64,000 nucleotides of DNA from Promethearchaeota archaeon (GTDB lineage: Archaea > Asgardarchaeota > Lokiarchaeia > Sigyniarchaeales > SOKP01), in the NCBI GenBank assembly GCA_019058445.1, contig JAHPZA010000006.1, forward strand, positions 256,001-320,000. The letters run 5' to 3'. Below the pieces are notes generated by a model. The model searched no databases, was not told where the DNA came from, and worked only from the letters and a program-made list of their open reading frames with translations. Of this stretch, positions 61,260 through 64,000 are shown in pieces; within the stretch, counting starts at the first letter, position 1, and each line of letters opens with the position of its first letter. The translations under genes were made by a program, and so were the position numbers.

Positions 61260-61299
61260 AAATATTTCATACAAAATATCTTCCATAAATGCTAAATCC

Positions 61300-62700
61300 T
61301 TAATCCATCGGATTTTTTACATAGTCAATAATCTTTTTTCTTTTCCTCAGTGCCTCTAATGCTGATTGCTCAATATTCTTCTCCATTTCACTGATATATT
61401 CGGGAGAATCTTCGCCTATTGTTTGTTTGATTTTTGTATAAGCTGATTCTCTAAATCGTGGAAGTATATCTTTTTTTTCTTTATCTTTAAAAATCATTGA
61501 AATTTGTTTTGAATCATCTACAAATCCAATCTCACTGCCTTTAACATTGATCTTTTGAAGATCAGTTATTATTTTTTCAGTAATATCCTCTGAACAATAA
61601 ATTAAAAGTGCATCCAGAGAAACACCTAAATAATCAACACCTACTTTCTCTAATAAATTTAAAACATTTGGATTCACTAATTCTCGAATATTTTCTTCGT
61701 AAATAACTACCCCACAGCCCGCTTCATAATTGATCTCATATAAATCTCCTCTTAAGCCCCCATTTGTAACATCACACATAGCTCTTATCTCGTCAATATA
61801 ATTACTGCTTAAGATTACTTCACATGCTTCTAAAAATTTAATATTTAACGTTTCTCTTACCACTTCATGGTTCCCCGAGTAAATTGCAGTAGTTGCGATT
61901 GTTCCTCCTCCAGCACCCTCAGTCATCAGAATTTTATCTCCTACTTTAATATTTTTTCTGGCTAATAATCGCTCACTTGCAAGACCAACAGCACTAATCC
62001 CGCCTACAAATCGATTTCCAATCACCATGTCTCCTCCGATTCTTAAAGTCGATCCTGCTGTTATTGGTACATTGGTTAGTTCTGAAATTGCTGAAACACC
62101 GGCCATAAAATCAAATAATTTTCCTACATCAGCATCATCACCTAAATGAGCATCAACCATAATTGAAATAGGCTTCGATCCCTTAACATATAAATCTCTA
62201 AGCGCGGCTCTTGTAACATGAAATCCACAAATGAAAGGAAAATCACTCAGGCGTGAGTGTATCCCTTCCATTTTTGATACAATGATCAGATTTTCTTTAT
62301 CGAAATTCTGATTTTTAAAGGGGGTAACGTCGAGAAGTTGGATCGCTCCTGCGTCATCTAAAGATTTAGGAGATAAATACGCCTTTTTTTCTGTCTCTGA
62401 TAGCTCGGCTATAAGTTTATGGACAAAAAAATCTCCTGCACCTCGACATCCGACACCTTGTTTCCCAACCGTGACATTTGCTCTGTTAAAATCTAAAAGA
62501 CCCTTTACAAACGAATCGGTAACTCTCTTAATATCACTTTTTATGCACTCGTCTAATATCGCTCGAGCATAAGTTCTCGCTGTATTCTCATCAATATTAT
62601 CTTTAAAATCAAGATACTCTTGGATTAATCTTTTTACAATCTTTTCTTTAGAATACCCCTTTTTAATCAATCTCCTTGTTAAACCTTCTAAATCACTCAA
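61300..62700 (-). CDS. AIR synthase-related (PurM/HypE/SelD superfamily) archaeal protein
   Basis: GVGCRGAGDFFVH, LDDAG, GIHSRLSDFPF and DVTNGGLRGD. Confidence 0.88.
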   Translation of the reverse strand: MSDLEGLTRRLIKKGYSKEKIVKRLIQEYLDFKDNIDENTARTYARAILDECIKSDIKRVTDSFVKGLLDFNRANVTVGKQGVGCRGAGDFFVHKLIAELSETEKKAYLSPKSLDDAGAIQLLDVTPFKNQNFDKENLIIVSKMEGIHSRLSDFPFICGFHVTRAALRDLYVKGSKPISIMVDAHLGDDADVGKLFDFMAGVSAISELTNVPITAGSTLRIGGDMVIGNRFVGGISAVGLASERLLARKNIKVGDKILMTEGAGGGTIATTAIYSGNHEVVRETLNIKFLEACEVILSSNYIDEIRAMCDVTNGGLRGDLYEINYEAGCGVVIYEENIRELVNPNVLNLLEKVGVDYLGVSLDALLIYCSEDITEKIITDLQKINVKGSEIGFVDDSKQISMIFKDKEKKDILPRFRESAYTKIKQTIGEDSPEYISEMEKNIEQSALEALRKRKKIIDYVKNPMD

Positions 62701-62931
62701 AATAGCAACACTCTATTTACTCTTTAGTTCTAAAATTTCCACAAAATCTAAGTTATTAATAGTTATAGCTTTAATTAAAAGAAAAATTCTTTGATTACAC
62801 TCTAAAAAATGAAAAGAGTTAAATAAAATAGGTTTTATTTCCCTCTCTAAACTTCCAATTTTTCTTAAATTATAGCTTATTTTAAGTTGTCTCTTAATTT
62901 ATGGTTAATATCTGAGCTTAAAATCCTACAT

Positions 62932-63291
62932 TTATAGCACAGCTTTTTCGATATTATCAAACAGTCTCTCGAGACTAAAGGGCTTATCTTTAAAGCTCAC
63001 TGCGCCATTTGAAAGAGCTTCTTCTTTAACAGTGTTATCAGCACTCATGAAAATAATTTTTGTTTCATTATCAAGCTCTAAAATTTCTTTCGCTGCTTCA
63101 ATTCCACTCTTTAATGGCATGCGATGGTCCATTAACACGACATCAGGTTTTTCAGAAAAATTCTTGAACATGTTAACTGCATCTAATCCATTTTCGGCGG
63201 ATGCTATGACTTTATAACCATTTAAATTCAAGGCTTTTTGATATAAGAAACTTAAAGAACGATCATCCTCTACAATAAAAACGCTTATAAT
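62932..63291 (-). CDS. Single-domain response regulator (CheY-like) with probable ATT/ATA start
   Basis: Frame extends upstream of the ORF-track TTG as IISVFIVEDDRSLSFLYQKALNLNGY, supplying the beta1 EDD acidic pocket. Also VVLMD, MP, SA and KP motifs. Confidence 0.88.
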   Translation of the reverse strand: MISVFIVEDDRSLSFLYQKALNLNGYKVIASAENGLDAVNMFKNFSEKPDVVLMDHRMPLKSGIEAAKEILELDNETKIIFMSADNTVKEEALSNGAVSFKDKPFSLERLFDNIEKAVL

Positions 63292-63381
63292 GTTCTCACA
63301 CCCCCATAACTGATTTACATTTTATAGATAATATAGATCTAGCCTCAAGATTTATATTCTTTCAATTGAAGTTTTTCAAAA

Positions 63382-63398
63382 GAGTTATAATATAACTC
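63382..63398. promoter_or_regulatory. Perfect palindrome GAGTTATA-A-TATAACTC, candidate operator
   Basis: 8-bp arms in the divergent region between the response regulator and the ZIP transporter. Confidence 0.45.
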
Positions 63399-63441
63399 AT
63401 CTCTGATATTAAAATATTAAAAAACTTTCTTATTTAATAAT

Positions 63442-63573
63442 TTGCACGGATCTATCATTTTTTCTACAAAAGTGGACAAGTTAGATTTTAATGGAGTACT
63501 TAAACAAGAATTTGTTGAAAGCAATCCAAGTATTAAATATCAATCTAAAATGGATGATTATTTAGAAAATTGA
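63442..63573 (+). other. Short ORF or gene remnant ending in a PIP box (QSKMDDYL)
   Basis: Manual translation from TTG 63442: LHGSIIFSTKVDKLDFNGVLKQEFVESNPSIKYQSKMDDYLEN*. Confidence 0.45.
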
Positions 63574-63733
63574 AATTTATACAGATTTCTTAGAAATTAT
63601 TTAAAGAGATAATAAATTTCGTAATTTAAGAATTACACTAAAAATATTTAAAAAAAATACTAATTTTCAATAGATAAAAAAATTAATTAATTTTGACACT
63701 CCAAACAAATTCAAGGGATCCCCGGTTATATTG

Positions 63734-64000
63734 ATGGATGTTTTTATTATTGGTCTTTTATTAGCTTTGTTTGCTGGATTATCAACGACATTGGGGTGCA
63801 TTGTTTCGTTTTTCATTAAAGAACCAAGTCCGAGATTTATCTCTTTTATTATGGGTTTCTCAGCAGGAGTAATGGTTCTTATTTCCTTTGTAGAACTTCT
63901 GCAAGAGGGCATAAGATCTAATGGATTTATGATGGGGCTGATATTTTTCTTCGTAGGGTTATTAATTATGCTTGTAATTGATGTTACAGTCACACATGAA
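63734..64000 (+). CDS. zupT: ZIP family zinc transporter (3' end outside window)
   Basis: MDVFIIGLLLALFAGLSTTLG...MGFSAGVMVLISFVELL is the ZupT N-terminal signature. Confidence 0.88.
   Translation, partial: MDVFIIGLLLALFAGLSTTLGCIVSFFIKEPSPRFISFIMGFSAGVMVLISFVELLQEGIRSNGFMMGLIFFFVGLLIMLVIDVTVTHE

Noticed and set aside
63667-63993. Minus-strand 108-aa ORF
   Set aside because: Antisense to the clearly recognisable ZupT N-terminus.
1-64000. CRISPR arrays, transposases, rRNA, selenocysteine recoding
   Set aside because: No regularly spaced repeats, transposase motifs, rRNA-like GC-rich tracts or genes broken by in-frame TGA were seen.

Overview
AT-rich archaeal chromosome segment, most consistent with an Asgard archaeon of the Lokiarchaeia/Promethearchaeia type. 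This assignment is inferred from a crenarchaeal-type PolB1, ether-lipid genes, a gelsolin-domain protein, an MglA/Arf-like GTPase, longin-like domains and a large GPH-type MFS expansion. It holds about 48 CDS: a riboflavin block (ribH-gch3-arfB), polB1, tldD/tldE, tRNA-Thr(UGU) with a D-arm intron, and a pst phosphate locus with a fused PstC-PstA permease. It also holds three sulfatases, seven MFS transporters, three tandem TetR regulators, and ether-lipid genes split by a ~14 kb sugar/sulfate catabolic block. An orphan adenine methyltransferase, LarE, two stand-alone 7TM proteins, a response regulator and a partial ZIP transporter complete the window. No transposase, integrase or CRISPR array was seen. 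Reading the intergenic DNA gave signals absent from the ORF track: (i) an 85-aa winged-helix-like gene with a CTG start at the end of the pst operon; (ii) an in-frame, synonymously diverged second copy of the PolB1 C-terminal clamp-binding tail just past its stop codon; (iii) an orphan short ORF ending in a PIP box; (iv) a response regulator that seems to need an ATT/ATA start; (v) a CTATATAG palindrome upstream of all three pst transcription units. The best candidate for a new system is a catabolic operon for sulfated sugars or sugar acids that pairs a KDG-type kinase with a divergent beta-keto-acid cleavage enzyme, a fucose-isomerase-like protein and a URO-D-fold protein, with no aldolase in the window. 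All protein calls come from motif recognition; no database searches were run.
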